A stretch of 64,000 bases of DNA, from the NCBI RefSeq assembly GCF_009914755.1, contig NC_060937.1, one strand, 5' to 3'. This DNA is from the human T2T-CHM13v2.0 reference genome, Homo sapiens. Below, piece after piece: positions 43,919 through 58,159 of the stretch; the first letter of the stretch is position 1, and the number at the start of each line of letters is the position of its first letter. Below the pieces are notes generated by a model. That model did not search any database. It saw nothing but the letters and a program-made list of their open reading frames with translations, and was not told where the DNA came from. A program made the translations under genes and the position numbers.

Positions 43919-45824
43919 TGAAGAAATTAAAAGGATTATAGACCCAACTGACTATTTGCTTCCAGCAGCCAAGATGACCAGTTAGGACCATCCCATAGCT
44001 TCAGGCTGACCATTATCCCCAGGGTAAGCCTGTTCCTGAAAATGACTGTATGAGGGGATGTGCTCTTGGTCTGACAGATAACAAGAAGTAACCTTTGACT
44101 TTTAGTCCTTCCTCCGGTGTCTTCAGTACACAGTTGCCACTTTTCCTCTTTGAAGATGCTCTTAGCTGGACTAGTAGAACTAGAAGCTGCACCTGTCTTG
44201 TGGTCTACTTTTATGACTAACAATGTGGTATAGATAAAATCCATGGTTCCACATGAGTGCAATGGCAATCTACCGTTAGAACTAAAAACATTAAGTTGTT
44301 TGTATTCTGTCTTGCCCACTGGGTTGTGGAGCCAGGAAAACCTTACTCATTCTTGAATTTCTTCCCCATCCCCCATCCAGAACCTAGCCATGTACTTTAT
44401 ATATTTTAGGTGTTTTGTAAATGTTTTTAACTGCTCTCATGGCTTGTGCGGTATGATTTGAATGCCATCCTGCAAAACAGAAAGACGTTAAACTAAGATT
44501 ATCCCATGCTTGGAAACAGTTAATATGTCCAAAGTTCAAAGTCTTCGTCTAACATTTATAGTGTTGTCTGAAATTTCAACCTAATTTTCAGTCTCTTCTT
44601 TCAAGCCTGCCTCAAATACCCTAAAATCCACAATAGCTACCAATTGTTCTGGGAATATTCTCCATTTTCCTACCCTCGTACCCCAAGTCATTGACCACAT
44701 CTTATATTCTTCACATGTACTTCCTAGTGTTGACCCTATACTTCAGTGTTTTGTGCCTGACATTTCCTTTGTCTTGGGGGTAGCCTTGTAGCCCAGTCTA
44801 GATAATCCCCAAGTCATTTCCACATGGACTGTTTGATAAGGAAAGGCTAAAAGACTTAGATAAAATCTTAGGTGGCTAGTATGAATTTTATTCTATAACT
44901 CTGGTATCAAAAAAAAGTGACATTACCTTATTTTTCCAAAATTTCTTCTAACTCAAATGAAATTGACCTGGTATTTCCTACTTGAGTAAATGACAAGCAA
45001 TGGAGTCTGCCACATGTTGGAGAGCCTTACTCTTACCCCCCTAGAGCTTCTTGAGAGCTCAGGTACTTATGGAACATCTGGGGAAAGATTTCTGGCCTTT
45101 GTTCCATCATTATCACTGCAGAAGTTCCCATTTTCAAAGCCTGTGTTAATTAGGAAGTTCTATCACTCTATGCCCAGTGTAGGTACAGGGATCCTTTGCC
45201 AAGCCCCTAGAGGTTTAATGGCTCAGCATCCAAATGCTACCCTTTCAGAGAGTCTCTTCCTCATTCAAACACCTTCTTCAAACTTCCCAGCAAAACAAAC
45301 AAACAAAAAATCCCTCTCCCTTATCTCCTACCTGAAGAAGCTACCTCCCAGTCAGGCAACTCCTGCCTCTCTGCATACCGTATCTTAGAGACAAAAAAAC
45401 TAAAGACAAAAATCTTTAACTCTGCCCCTTGGGACTCCCAGCCCTGCTGGCCGTCTTTCAGGAGGGGAGAGAAAAGAGGTCTCATTGATTCAGATTTTTC
45501 CACAAAGCAGTAAGAACAAAACAAAGCAATTTATTAATTATCAGCAGCCGCAAAATACAAATGAATTCCTCAATAAATTATCCTGCCACAGTGGTTCATA
45601 AATTCTAATGCACTGGTACAATGAATACCAACGGATACTGGTCTGTGACCTGAACAGAGGTTGCATCTCTATAAAGTTTATAGATCCAGCTTCTCTTGCA
45701 TCAATTATCTTCACCAGCCATTAAAGTCATTCAGCTTAATGTGATGCTCTGATTTTATGCTCACCAAGCCATCTACTTAAAAGTGGACTTTCTATGTAAA
45801 TTTGCTTATAGAAAGAGAAGGCAT

Positions 45825-46635
45825 TTATGAGTGAGAACATGTGTGGTGTTTGGTTTTCTGTTCTTGTGTTAGTTTGCAGAGAATGATGGTTTCCAGCTTC
45901 ATCCATGTCCCTGCAAAGGACATTAACTCATTCTTTTGTATGGCTGCATAGTATTCCATGGTGTATATGTGCCACATTTTCTTTATCCAGGCTATCATTG
46001 ATGGGCATTTGGGTTGGTTCCAAGTCTTTGCTATTGTGAATAGTGCTGCAATAAACATGCGTGCAAAGTGGGAGCTGAACAATGAGAACACATGGACACA
46101 GGGAGGGGAATATCACACACCAGGGCCTGTCAAGGGGTGGGGGGCAAGGGGAGGGAGAGCACTAGGACAAATACCTAATGCATGCTGGGCTTAAAACCTA
46201 GATGACAGGCCAGACACGGTGGCTCACGCCTTTAATCCCAGCACTTTGGGAGGCCAAGGCGGGTGGATCACGAGGTCAGGAGTTCAGGACCAGCCTGGCC
46301 AAGATGGTGAAACCCTGTCTCTACTAAAAATACAAAAATTAGTTGGGCATGGTGGCAAGTGCCTGTAATCCCAGCTACTCAGGAGGCTGAGGCAGAGAAT
46401 TGCTTGAACCCAGGGGGTGGAGGTTGCAGTGAATCGAGACTGCGCCACTGCACTCCAGCCTGGGTGACAGAGTAAGACTCCGTCTCAAAAAAACAAAACA
46501 AAACCAAACAAAAAAAACCTAGATGAGGGGTTGATGGCTGCAGCATACCACCATGGTACATGTATACCAATGTAACAAACCTGCATGTTCTGCATATGTA
46601 TCACAGAACTTACAGTATAATTAATAAATAAAACA
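45825..46635 (+). mobile_element. 5'-truncated L1PA 3' end with 5' inversion (45825-46065 inverted), interrupted by an Alu
   Basis: Inverted block encodes the ORF2 C-terminus MFIAALFTIAKTWNQPKCP...; direct block starts AGTGGGAGCTGAACAATGAGAACACATGG and runs through the 3'UTR. Confidence 0.92.
46208..46516 (+). mobile_element. Alu inserted into the L1 3'UTR
   Basis: TSD AAAACCTAGATGA derived from L1 sequence. Confidence 0.95.
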
Positions 46636-46688
46636 ATTTAACTCATTCACATGTTTGCAAAGACCCTAAATAAAATATTAGTAAAGTA

Positions 46689-46858
<170 letters not shown>

Positions 46859-47169
46859 TAAATATAGCGTTGGAATAAAAGAGAAAATACATTGAAAAAA
46901 AAAAAAAAGAGAGAGAGAAGCCATTTACCAACCAGTATGGACATTCCCACCTACTCCACTCCCCTAATGTTATATTTTTATAGTACATAGTAATAAATTA
47001 TCATTCTTGCTTATATATTAATCTCTAGTGAGTTTGGTCCAATTACATCAGACCCTGTAATAAGTGGAATAATGGTCCCCCAAAGATGTCCACATTTTAA
47101 TGCCAGGAGCCTGAAATTATGTTACACGGTAAGGGGGAATTAAAACCGCAGATAGAATTAAGATTGCTA

Positions 47170-47350
47170 GGCTGGGCACAGTGGTTCATGCCTGTAATCC
47201 CAGCACTTTGGGAGGCCAAGGTGGGTGAATCACTTGAGGCCAGGAGTTTGAGACCAGCCTGGGCAATATGAGGAAACCTTGTCTCTACCAAAAATACAAA
47301 AATTGGCCAGTCTCATAATGCAGTCTTAAAAATAAATAAACAAAAATTTA
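47170..47350 (+). mobile_element. Partial Alu (left arm) within the MLT1
   Basis: Left monomer; TSD AGAATTAAGATTGCTA. Confidence 0.85.
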
Positions 47351-47730
47351 AAATAAAATATTTTTAAAAATTTTAAAAAGAATTAAGATTGCTAGTTAAT
47401 CAGCTGGCTTTAAAATGAAGAGATTATCCTGGGTTATCCATATGAGCTCAATGTCATCACAAAGATCCTTATAGTAAAAGAGGGGGAGACAGGAGAGTCA
47501 GAGTCAGAGTGATTCATTGTGACAAAATTTTGACCAGCCATTGCTGCCTTTGAAAAAAATGGAAGGAGGCCATCCATGAGGCAAAGAATATGGGCAGCCT
47601 CTATAAACAGGAAGAGACTGGGAATCAGATCCTCCCAGAGCTTTCCAAAAGGAACAGAGCCCCACTGACACCTTGATTTTAGCCCTGCTAGGCTCATTTC
47701 AGACTTCTGGCCTCCAGAGCTATATGATAA

Positions 47731-48046
<316 letters not shown>

Positions 48047-48822
48047 ATTTCTATTGTTTTAAGCACTAAATTTATAGTTACTTGTTACAGCAGCAAGAGG
48101 AAACTAATAGGACCCTGAGAGCCTGAATTATTTTGGTTGCACTGATGAAATACAGTTTCTGGATTTCGTATACCTGCCAAGTGGTTTCCTGGACTCACCT
48201 GGAAATATCTCAGTTTTTTTCTTTCCCTAATTATCCAAATGCTTTGAACATAATATAGGCTCTTAAAAATATCTGTTGAATCAATGAATTTTGGCTAAAT
48301 ATAAAGTCTGTGAGTCATGGCTGGTGTGTTTTTGATAGTTTGAAAACTTTTAGGATTAACCATTTCTCTCTCTAACGAGCTGTGAATAAATGCCTCTAAT
48401 ATCAACGTGATAGATCATTTTATGTGTCACTGGGATAAGAGGATGCCCAGATAGCTGGTCAAACATTATTTCTGGGTGTGTCTGTGAGGGTGTTTCTGGA
48501 TAAGATTAGCAGCATTTGAATCTGTGAACTCAGTAAAGTAGGTTGGCCCTCCCCACTGTTGGGGGGCATCATTCAATCCCTTGAGGGCCTGAATAGACAG
48601 AGGAAGGAAGAATTCACCCCTTTTTCTCCGCCCCACTGCCTGAGCTAGAACATCTTGTCTCATCTCCTACTGTGCCCTTTGTTCTCAGCCCTTCAGACTT
48701 GGATTTCATTATTCCATCGACCTTCCTGGGTCTCCAACTAGCAGACAGCATATTGTGGATTTCTCAGCCTCCGTAACCTCCATGATCATGTCAGCCAATT
48801 TCTCATAATAAATCAACTTCTC

Positions 48823-49336
<514 letters not shown>

Positions 49337-49561
49337 AAAGCAAAATGAGCAAAAGTCCTCAGTTTCAATATCCTATTGGTTCTATTTCTCTGGAGAACCC
49401 TAAAAATCAAGAAACTGGTAGTTAAATTATATGGACTTAACAGCAAATTTGTGAGGATAACACGTAGCTCTTTTTTCTTCTTACATGGAAAATGTGAATC
49501 ATTTGAAAATCAATGCCTAGTCTTAACATACAGTAGTGACTTTCCCCATACAAGAGGAAGC

Positions 49562-49969
<408 letters not shown>

Positions 49970-50289
49970 TGACATTCTGGTCAACACTGCTGACAACATA
50001 TCATGTCCAACACTAAACACTGAGCCTGTCTGAAGAAGAAAAGACAAGTAGAGAGTTTCAATGAACCATTACAACATTTGGTCAGCTAAGAAGGGCTCCC
50101 GAGAGACCAGTTGTTACTGTCTGGTGCTAGCACTGCTGTCACAATGTCAAACCAAGTGTAAATAAAAAGGTCCCTTGAAAAATGCCATCAGTTGGAAGTT
50201 GCTGGCTTGAGAACCCTCCTGGGAAGAGATGTGCTTCTTGTATTGAGACTAGCCACACTCACTGGGCCTGTGTGGGCTTGGGGACTTTA

Positions 50290-50973
<684 letters not shown>

Positions 50974-51270
50974 AGTCCTATTTGTTAAAGTGATAAAACG
51001 TGTAAGAGTTGGCAGAAATATGTGCAACACATGGAACAAAAAGAAAGCCTGGCTGGTTTGTGTTGCTGCTCTAAGTTGAGCTTGGCTGGACTATGAGAAG
51101 GAAGAGTGAGCAGCAAAGTCTGGAGATGGGAGTCTAAAACCACTTTAAAGAGCTGTAGACTTAATTCCAAGGGCAGTGGGAGCTACTTAAGGGCTCTGAA
51201 CAGTGGGGCATGATCAGGTTGGAAGCCTATATTTGCATTTTTCTTCCTTGGTGATCTAATATTCCTTAAG

Positions 51271-51432
51271 GCAGTGCTTTCCAAACTTTAATGTGCACAG
51301 GAATTACCTGGAATCTTGGGAAAGTGCAGATTCTGACTTAGTAAGTCTCATGTGGGGCTCCAGATGCTGCGACAAGCTCCTAGGTGACAACAGGGCTGCT
51401 GAGCCCCAGACTGCTCTCTGAGTAACAAAGTC
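51271..51432. mobile_element. MER5A-like hAT fossil
   Basis: CAGTGCTTTCCAAACTTTAATGTGCA..GAATTACCTGG..GCAGATTCTGA..ACAAGCTCCTAGGTGA. Confidence 0.65.
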
Positions 51433-51726
51433 CTAGACAGAATCATTTGTGAGCCTCCCCCACGGGCTTTTTCAGAGCCTGCAAGAAAGTGAGGGAGCAG
51501 CCGTAAGGCATAGACAAAGCTCCTTTCCATCCTCAAATGGCTACATGTTTTCCTGGGGTGACCTAATTGCTCAGGCAGAGAACATTGTGGCAATGTCATT
51601 AGTCATTCCTTCTGAGCGTTTTGTGTTCTGGACCATTACTTAGACTCTGCTCTTTTAGCTCAGAACTTTGTGTCTCATCTGGCTCTCCATGTGCTCAGTT
51701 ACCAAATGGGCTTTGAAATTCCATTT

Positions 51727-52018
51727 GGCCAAGCGCTGTGGCTCACGCCTGTAATCCCAGCACTTTGGGAGGCTGAGGCAGACAGATCATCTGAGGCCAG
51801 GAGTTTGAGACCAGCCTGGCCAACATGGTGAAACCCCGTCTGTACTAAAAAATTAGCTGGGTATGGTGGCATGCACATGTAATCCTAACTACTTGGGAGG
51901 CGGAGGCACAAGAATCACTTGAACCCAGGAGGTGGAGGTTTCAGTGAGCCAAGATCGCACCACTGCACTCCAGCCTGGGTCAACAGAGCAAGGCTCTGTC
52001 TCAAAAAAAAAAAAAAAA
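51727..52018 (+). mobile_element. Alu
   Basis: Alu dimer with poly-A. Confidence 0.93.
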
Positions 52019-52300
52019 TTCTATTTTCCTGCCGTCTGCAGCAGGATTGACTTCCCCATTCCTTGAGACTGACATCAAGCCAAGAATATCAGATTCTCCA
52101 AATGTGACCAGTTTGCCTTTCTTCAAATAATCTTGCGATGTGAAGGGAGGTTGCAGAGTCATAAATTTGACTATTTTTAAAAATTTTATTTTCTTTTTAG
52201 ACTAAAAAGACTAGATCTGAGAGAATATTTTAAATTGACGTTGCGGAGAGAGAAACACAGGACTCTAGCCTTTGTTTTGGTCATCATAGCATAGATAGAT

Positions 52301-52326
<26 letters not shown>
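52301..52326. repeat. (CA)n microsatellite
   Basis: Perfect AC run. Confidence 0.95.
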
Positions 52327-52332
<6 letters not shown>

Positions 52333-52395
52333 ATAGTATAAATGAAATGATAAATGTAAAGTACTTAGCACAGTGCCTAGCACACAGGAAACATC

Positions 52396-52944
52396 TGAAG
52401 GAAATTAAAGTATTTTACCCTAAAATATATTTCTTTGACATATTTTGAGATGGCTGCTCAGGGAGACAGCAAAGCTGTCTTGTGGGGGAGATTTGCATCT
52501 GCAGAAAATCTGCATTGATGCAACCAGGCCTTCCCTGGTCTACATGTGGGAAAGGTGAACTGAGAGCCTGCCACCTTTAAACATCTGAAAGAAACATTTA
52601 CCTTCTATTTTCTCTGAGGGCTTCTACCAGTGAGGTTTTATTTACATGAACAAGACCACGTTTACTAGCCAGAGCTCCTCCTTCCTCTTTTTCTCTCTCT
52701 CATATAACTTACCTTGCCACTATAACCTGGTTTATTACCAGAACCTGTTTCTGGCCATGCTCTGAGCCCCCATGCTTTCTGTAACCTTCTGTACTCCACT
52801 GGGGGTTGGGTAATCATTCTGTGATTCTGCCAATGTACATATTAATAAATTTGTAAACATCTTCTGCAATTATCTGTCTTTTGCAAGTTGATTTTTCAAG
52901 GAAACTTCAGAGGGCAAAGGGGAAGTTTTCTCTTGGCCCCTACA
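52396..52944 (+). mobile_element. ERV1 MER4-group solo LTR (MER34/MER39-like)
   Basis: TG...CA ends, AATAAA at about 52844, terminus CTTGGCCCCTACA, near-TSD CATC/TATC. Confidence 0.7.
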
Positions 52945-52987
52945 TATCCAATATATGGTAGCTATTATGATCAAAATACATACTTTA

Positions 52988-53300
52988 AGTCTGAACGCCA
53001 TGGCTCACACCTGTAATCTCAGCACTTTACGAGGCCTTGGCCTCCCAACGATCACTTGCGGTCAGGAGTTCGAGACCAGCCTGGGTGACACAGTGAGACT
53101 GTGTCTCTACAAAAATTTTGAAACATTAGTCAGCCGTGGTGGCATACGCCTGTAGTCCCAGTTATTTGAGAGGCTAAGGTGGGAGGATTGCTTGTGCCCA
53201 GAAGTTTGAGGCTGCAGTCAGCCATGATCGAGCCACTGCACTCCAGCCCAGGCAACACAGTGAGAGCCTATTTCAAAAAAAAAAAAAAAAAAAAAAAAAA
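52988..53300 (+). mobile_element. Alu (AluJ-like)
   Basis: Diverged dimer with long poly-A. Confidence 0.88.
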
Positions 53301-53429
53301 GGAGAGAGAGAGAAAAAAAAAGGAAAAAAATACATGCTTTACAGACGTGATGTGAGAGTTAAGTAACATGTGTAAAGCACTTTAGGATAGTGCCTGGCAC
53401 GTGGTAGATGTTGAATACACCATAGCTTT

Positions 53430-53592
53430 CATGATGGTGATGATGATGGAGATGAGGAGGAGGAGGACAAGGAGGAGGAGGAGAGGATGGGAGGAAGAGA
53501 AGCAAGAGGAGAAGAAAAGGGGAGAGAGGGGGAAGATAAGAAAGGGGAGGGAGAGGAGGTGGTGGTTGGTGGGGAATTGGAGGGGAGAGGAA
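53430..53592. repeat. GA-rich low-complexity tract
   Basis: (GAT)n then (GAG)n/GGAGA runs. Confidence 0.85.
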
Positions 53593-54667
53593 TATAAAGT
53601 TTGACTTAAACAGGGATAACAACAGTGGGGTGCTGATAAGTGTTTAACAACCGGCCTTCAGCACACCACTGTGTAAGCGGCAGGATAAGATTAGTTCCAA
53701 GAGTCTCCAAGGCCGGTTTTGATGGTGACAGCATGAATGGGAGGTGTGAAGAGGTATGGCAGGAGCTCACGGAGCTTTGGGATTCTCCCATCCTTCCTGC
53801 CATTGCAATGACACTCATTCCACAATTAAGACTGGGTGTATCTTTATGGTTTAAAATGATAAATTTTATGTTATGTACATTTTACTATAATAACATTTTT
53901 AGTTAAAAATAACATCAACAAGAAAACTGGTGAGATCAAAATAAAATCAATTGTTTAATAGTTAAACAAAAACCCTGAGATATCCTCATGATAACCTTGT
54001 TTGGAATTAAGACAGAATCAAGAAGTCAAGCCACTGTAACTTGAAGCATTCCTCTTCAAGAACCTCTCCATCTTCTTCAGTTTCTGTTTTCTCTTTTTCC
54101 TCCTGTCCATCACCTGAATCGCCCTTTAAATTTGCAAGTCCTGAGAGTGGTGCCTCACCAAGGGCTCTCTGTGGGCCCTGCGTCTTTGCTGAGCTCACCC
54201 TAGTTTGAGCAGTGGTCAGGCAATAGTCAGTTTCTCCTGGCAGAGTCACCATTCCCTTATCTGTGCTCTTCTAAGCCTCTGGAAATTAGAAACTTCCCCT
54301 AAGCACTTTCTTTCCAGGAAGGAGACTCAAAATATTCCTTTTCCTGTGCCCCACACCTGCGTTCTCAGCACTCATACTTCTCCAGGTTATATTCCTGTTA
54401 GTTGTGTTAAGGTCTTTTTCTGTCCTTTAGTGATTGAAGCAGATGCATTCAATCTGAAATCTGAAAATCTTATATCAAATCTTGGCTCCACTTTGAGTAA
54501 TGTATTAAAGTCAGATGAGCTTTCCTTCTCTCTTCTGTCAATAGAATTACCTTCCTATGATAAGACTTGGTGGGGGAATTAAGGAGGTAAAGTAATTTAC
54601 TTAAACATACTTCAACAACCAACAATGATTATCATGCAACCAATGCAACCAAAACTCTTTCTTTGCA

Positions 54668-54967
54668 CTTTTTTCTTTTCTTTTTTCTTTTTTTTTGAAA
54701 CAGAGTCTCACTCTGTTGCCCAGGCTGGAGTGCAGCGGCGCAATCTCAGCTCACTGCAACCTCTGCCCCTGAGTTCAAGCAATTCTGCCGCCTCAGCCTC
54801 CCAAGTAGCTGGTGCCTGCCACCACACCCAGCTAATTTTTGTATTTTTCGTAGAGATGGGGTTTCATCATGTTGGCCAGGCTGGTCTTGAACTCCTGACC
54901 GCAGGTGATCTGCCTGCCTAGGCCTCCCAAAGTGCTGGGTTACAGGCGTGAGCCACCGTGCCCAGCC
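54668..54967 (-). mobile_element. Alu
   Basis: Reverse dimer; TSD TCTTTGCACT. Confidence 0.94.
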
Positions 54968-55809
54968 TCTTTGCACTACTTGAGGACCATCAAAGGCAAT
55001 CGCACTCATGACTCTCAGTCTTACTTTATTGCATTCCATTTCCCCTCCCCTCAGCTTCATTTACACCCAGAGCCTCCTCCCAAGTGTCTCTCACTCTCCA
55101 AGTGCCACTTCTTACAGGAAGTTACTCAACACACAGTAGCTAGTGTTTGTGTCTATATTTTCGACAGCAACTGACACAGAGCCTACCACATAATGAGAGC
55201 TCCACAAACATTTGTGAAATTGAATGGAGTTTTATCAGAATACAGAGATCTTACTACAAAAAAACTAGAGTAAATAACTTTTTCTTCTAAAAAAAAAGTT
55301 CAACCTCAGTTACCTCTCTCATTGCTAACCTCATTCCCTCCCCCTTGTAGCCACCATCACCACCCCAGGGCAGAAAGGGCATCTGGAACATGATGTGGCA
55401 TTTCCTTCAGCATCCCTACCCCCACCATTAGCTTAATTTGTTAGGACAGTGACCAGGGAGTGACTGCAATCAAAGGGAGGGTGCTGTGTGCTTCTCTCCA
55501 GCTCTGAAGTGCGGCTAACTCTCCTTAGGATGTAATCAGAGATTCTTCTTCAGAAGTCCTTGGCGTACTTTTCCTAGCTCACCACAACTATTTCTTCAGT
55601 TCACGTCCAAGAGGAATGGGATCATGTTGTATAAATTAAACATTTTGCTTCTCCTCTATCAACCCAGATCCATATTTATATCCACTATTGCTGTTCTGAT
55701 GATGGAAGATTCCCATCATTGCTTCTTTGGTTCACACTCCAGCAGCAGAGTCATGCGTCTCACAGTCTCTAAGGCCACTATAGTAGTTACTGGATTAACA
55801 GTAACATCA

Positions 55810-55930
55810 AAAAAGAAGGAAAAGGAAAGAAGCAAGGCAGGAAGGGAGGAAGGGAGGGAGGAAAGGGAGGGAAGGAGTGAAAGAGGAAGTGAGAAAGGAA
55901 GAGGGGGGAGGGAGGAAGGAAGGAAGGGAG
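55810..55930. repeat. GGAA/GGGA-rich tract
   Basis: Polypurine runs. Confidence 0.85.
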
Positions 55931-56338
55931 CTTATTCAGCTTATTGTCAAGTTCAAGAGAGGCTCATATTTCTTTATATATAGTAGTAATATTTTCAGAA
56001 CCAAAAATGAGGATATAGCCTGATGAATGACATTTTCTGATTTTTAATTATACAATTCATAAAGTAATTAAAATTTTGCTAAATTTACTTGAAAACATGT
56101 ATTAATTAGCCTTTATTGGAAAGAAAGCAATTTAATGTAATCATGTTTATCTGAAAAATTCATGAGATTAGATTATTTTGCTTATGTGGATTGGTTGAAG
56201 TGGCAATGGACATAATTCTTAAAGCAGCACAATTTTCCCTAATCAGTTTCTATTCCTGTGACTCTATCTTATGCTTTCTTATGAAATTGAAATGGCATCG
56301 AATCTACTTAAACACATTTCAAGAACCAACCATATTAA

Positions 56339-56425
56339 TGCTGCAGTGAGCCATGATTGTGTCACTGTACTTCAGCTTCAGTGACAGAACAAGGTCCTGT
56401 CTCAAAAAAAAAAAAAAAAAAAAAA
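56339..56425 (+). mobile_element. Alu 3' fragment
   Basis: GCTGCAGTGAGCCATGATTGTGTCACTG...CTGTCTC followed by poly-A. Confidence 0.85.
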
Positions 56426-56522
56426 CAGCAATAATTATAATGCAACCAAAACTCTTTCTTTGCATTTTTAAAGGATCATCAGAGGTGATCATAACTCTCT
56501 ACCCTACTTCACCACATTTAGT

Positions 56523-56975
56523 TGAAGTAGGAGACCACTGGCAGGACTTATTTCTTGGTCCCCATGGTAAAGTAAAGAAACTGGCAGGAACCAGCAGATG
56601 GCCAGAAAAGTGATCCCTAGCTGCTCATTAGCATAAGACACTCCTACCAGCACCATGACAGTTCACAAATGCCATGACAACCACCCAGAAGTTACTGCCC
56701 CTTTCCTAGAAAGTTATGAATAACCTGCCCCAAATTTGCATTAGCCCACCTCTTAATTTGCATATAATTGAAAGTGGATATAAATAGAGTTGCCAACAGT
56801 CCATAGCTGCCAACTTTGGTTGCCCTGACTGTAAGTTAGCCCTGCTTATCAAGGAGCAGTGCCATTCAACAAAAAATTGCTAATACCACTGGCTCACTCT
56901 TGAATTCCTTCCTAGGCAAAGCCAAGAACCCTCTCGGGCTAAGCCCCAATTTGGGGGCTCATCTATCCTGCAACA
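56523..56975 (+). mobile_element. MER41-family ERV1 LTR
   Basis: CATTAGCATAAGACACTCC..ACCAGCACCATGACAGTT and 3' end GGGCTAAGCCCCAATTTGGGGGCTC..CTGCAACA match MER41. Confidence 0.78.
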
Positions 56976-57384
56976 CCTTTGCGCCTCCCTCCAATTTATT
57001 TACACCCAGAATCTACTCCCAAGCATCACTCTGTCTCAAATTCCACCTAAACTCTCCCAACATGCTTCTCTGTTTTATTATGCAGATTGACTTTTCAGAC
57101 CCTTTCCCAATAAGCATAGAGTGATAAAGTGAGAGAAACTCAATGAGAAATTACAGGATTTGCTTCACTGGGTGCATAAAGTGGGAAAAGACTAGAATAC
57201 TTCCATACTGATCATTTTTTGGCCTATCAAGTATTGTTTTATGCAATTCAACTTTTCACCTCCCAGAAACTTTTCTCAAAATTTTATGCATAGCTTTATA
57301 ATTTAGTTACGTATTAAACTTGGGTCATCTCTTCCTTCTAAACTTAGAAAAGGAATATAACTGACTAATTAATGTTAAAGGTTT

Positions 57385-58040
57385 CCATAGACAAATAATC
57401 CAGTGGAACAAAAGAGAAAATCCAAAAACAGAGCCACATATATATGACCACTTGATTTGCAACAAAGATGCACTGCAATTCAATGGGAGAAAGAATGGCT
57501 TTTTCAGGCCAGGCGCGGTGGCTCATGCCTGTAATCCCAGCACTCTGGGAGGCCGAGGTGGGTGGATCACGAGGTCAGGAGATCGAGACCATCCTGGCTA
57601 ACATGGTGAAACCCCATGTCTACTAAAAATACAAAAAATTAGCCGGGTGTGGTGGCGGGTGCCTATAGTCCCAGCTACTCGGGAGGCTGAGGCAGGAGAA
57701 TGGCGTGAACCTGGGAGGCAGAGCTTGCAGTGAGCCGAGATCAGCCACTGCACTCCAGCCTGGGGGACAGAGCGAGACTCCGTCTCAAAAAAAAAACAAC
57801 AACAACAACAAAAAGAGTGGCTTTTTCAAACAAAAGGTACTTGGGCATTTTTATATCCATGTGGAAAAGACCTGAACATTGACCGTCACCTCACACCATA
57901 CACAAAAATAAATTTGAGGTGGATCACAGACCTAAATGTGAAACTTAATAAAGCTTTTTAAAAGAGCACAGAGGAGAATACCATAATGATTTGAACAAAG
58001 ATTATTTAAACAGGACATGAGAAGCACTAGCCAAAAAGAA
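57385..58040 (+). mobile_element. Old L1M ORF2 fragment interrupted by an AluY
   Basis: CAGTGGAACAAAAGAGAAAATCC..CTCACACCATACACAAAAATAAATT..GGATCACAGACCTAAATGTGAAA. Confidence 0.65.
57507..57813 (+). mobile_element. AluY-like
   Basis: GAGATCGAGACCATCCTGGCTAACA; near-TSD AAGA(A/G)TGGCTTTTTCA. Confidence 0.95.
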
Positions 58041-58159
58041 GAGATTGGTATTTGAAATAGAGCTATTCAATAACATCTATAATTTAGCTGAATTGTTCAC
58101 ATTAGTTATGGTTTATAATTATTGGGGATTCATAATGTATCATGAATGACTACACAGAC

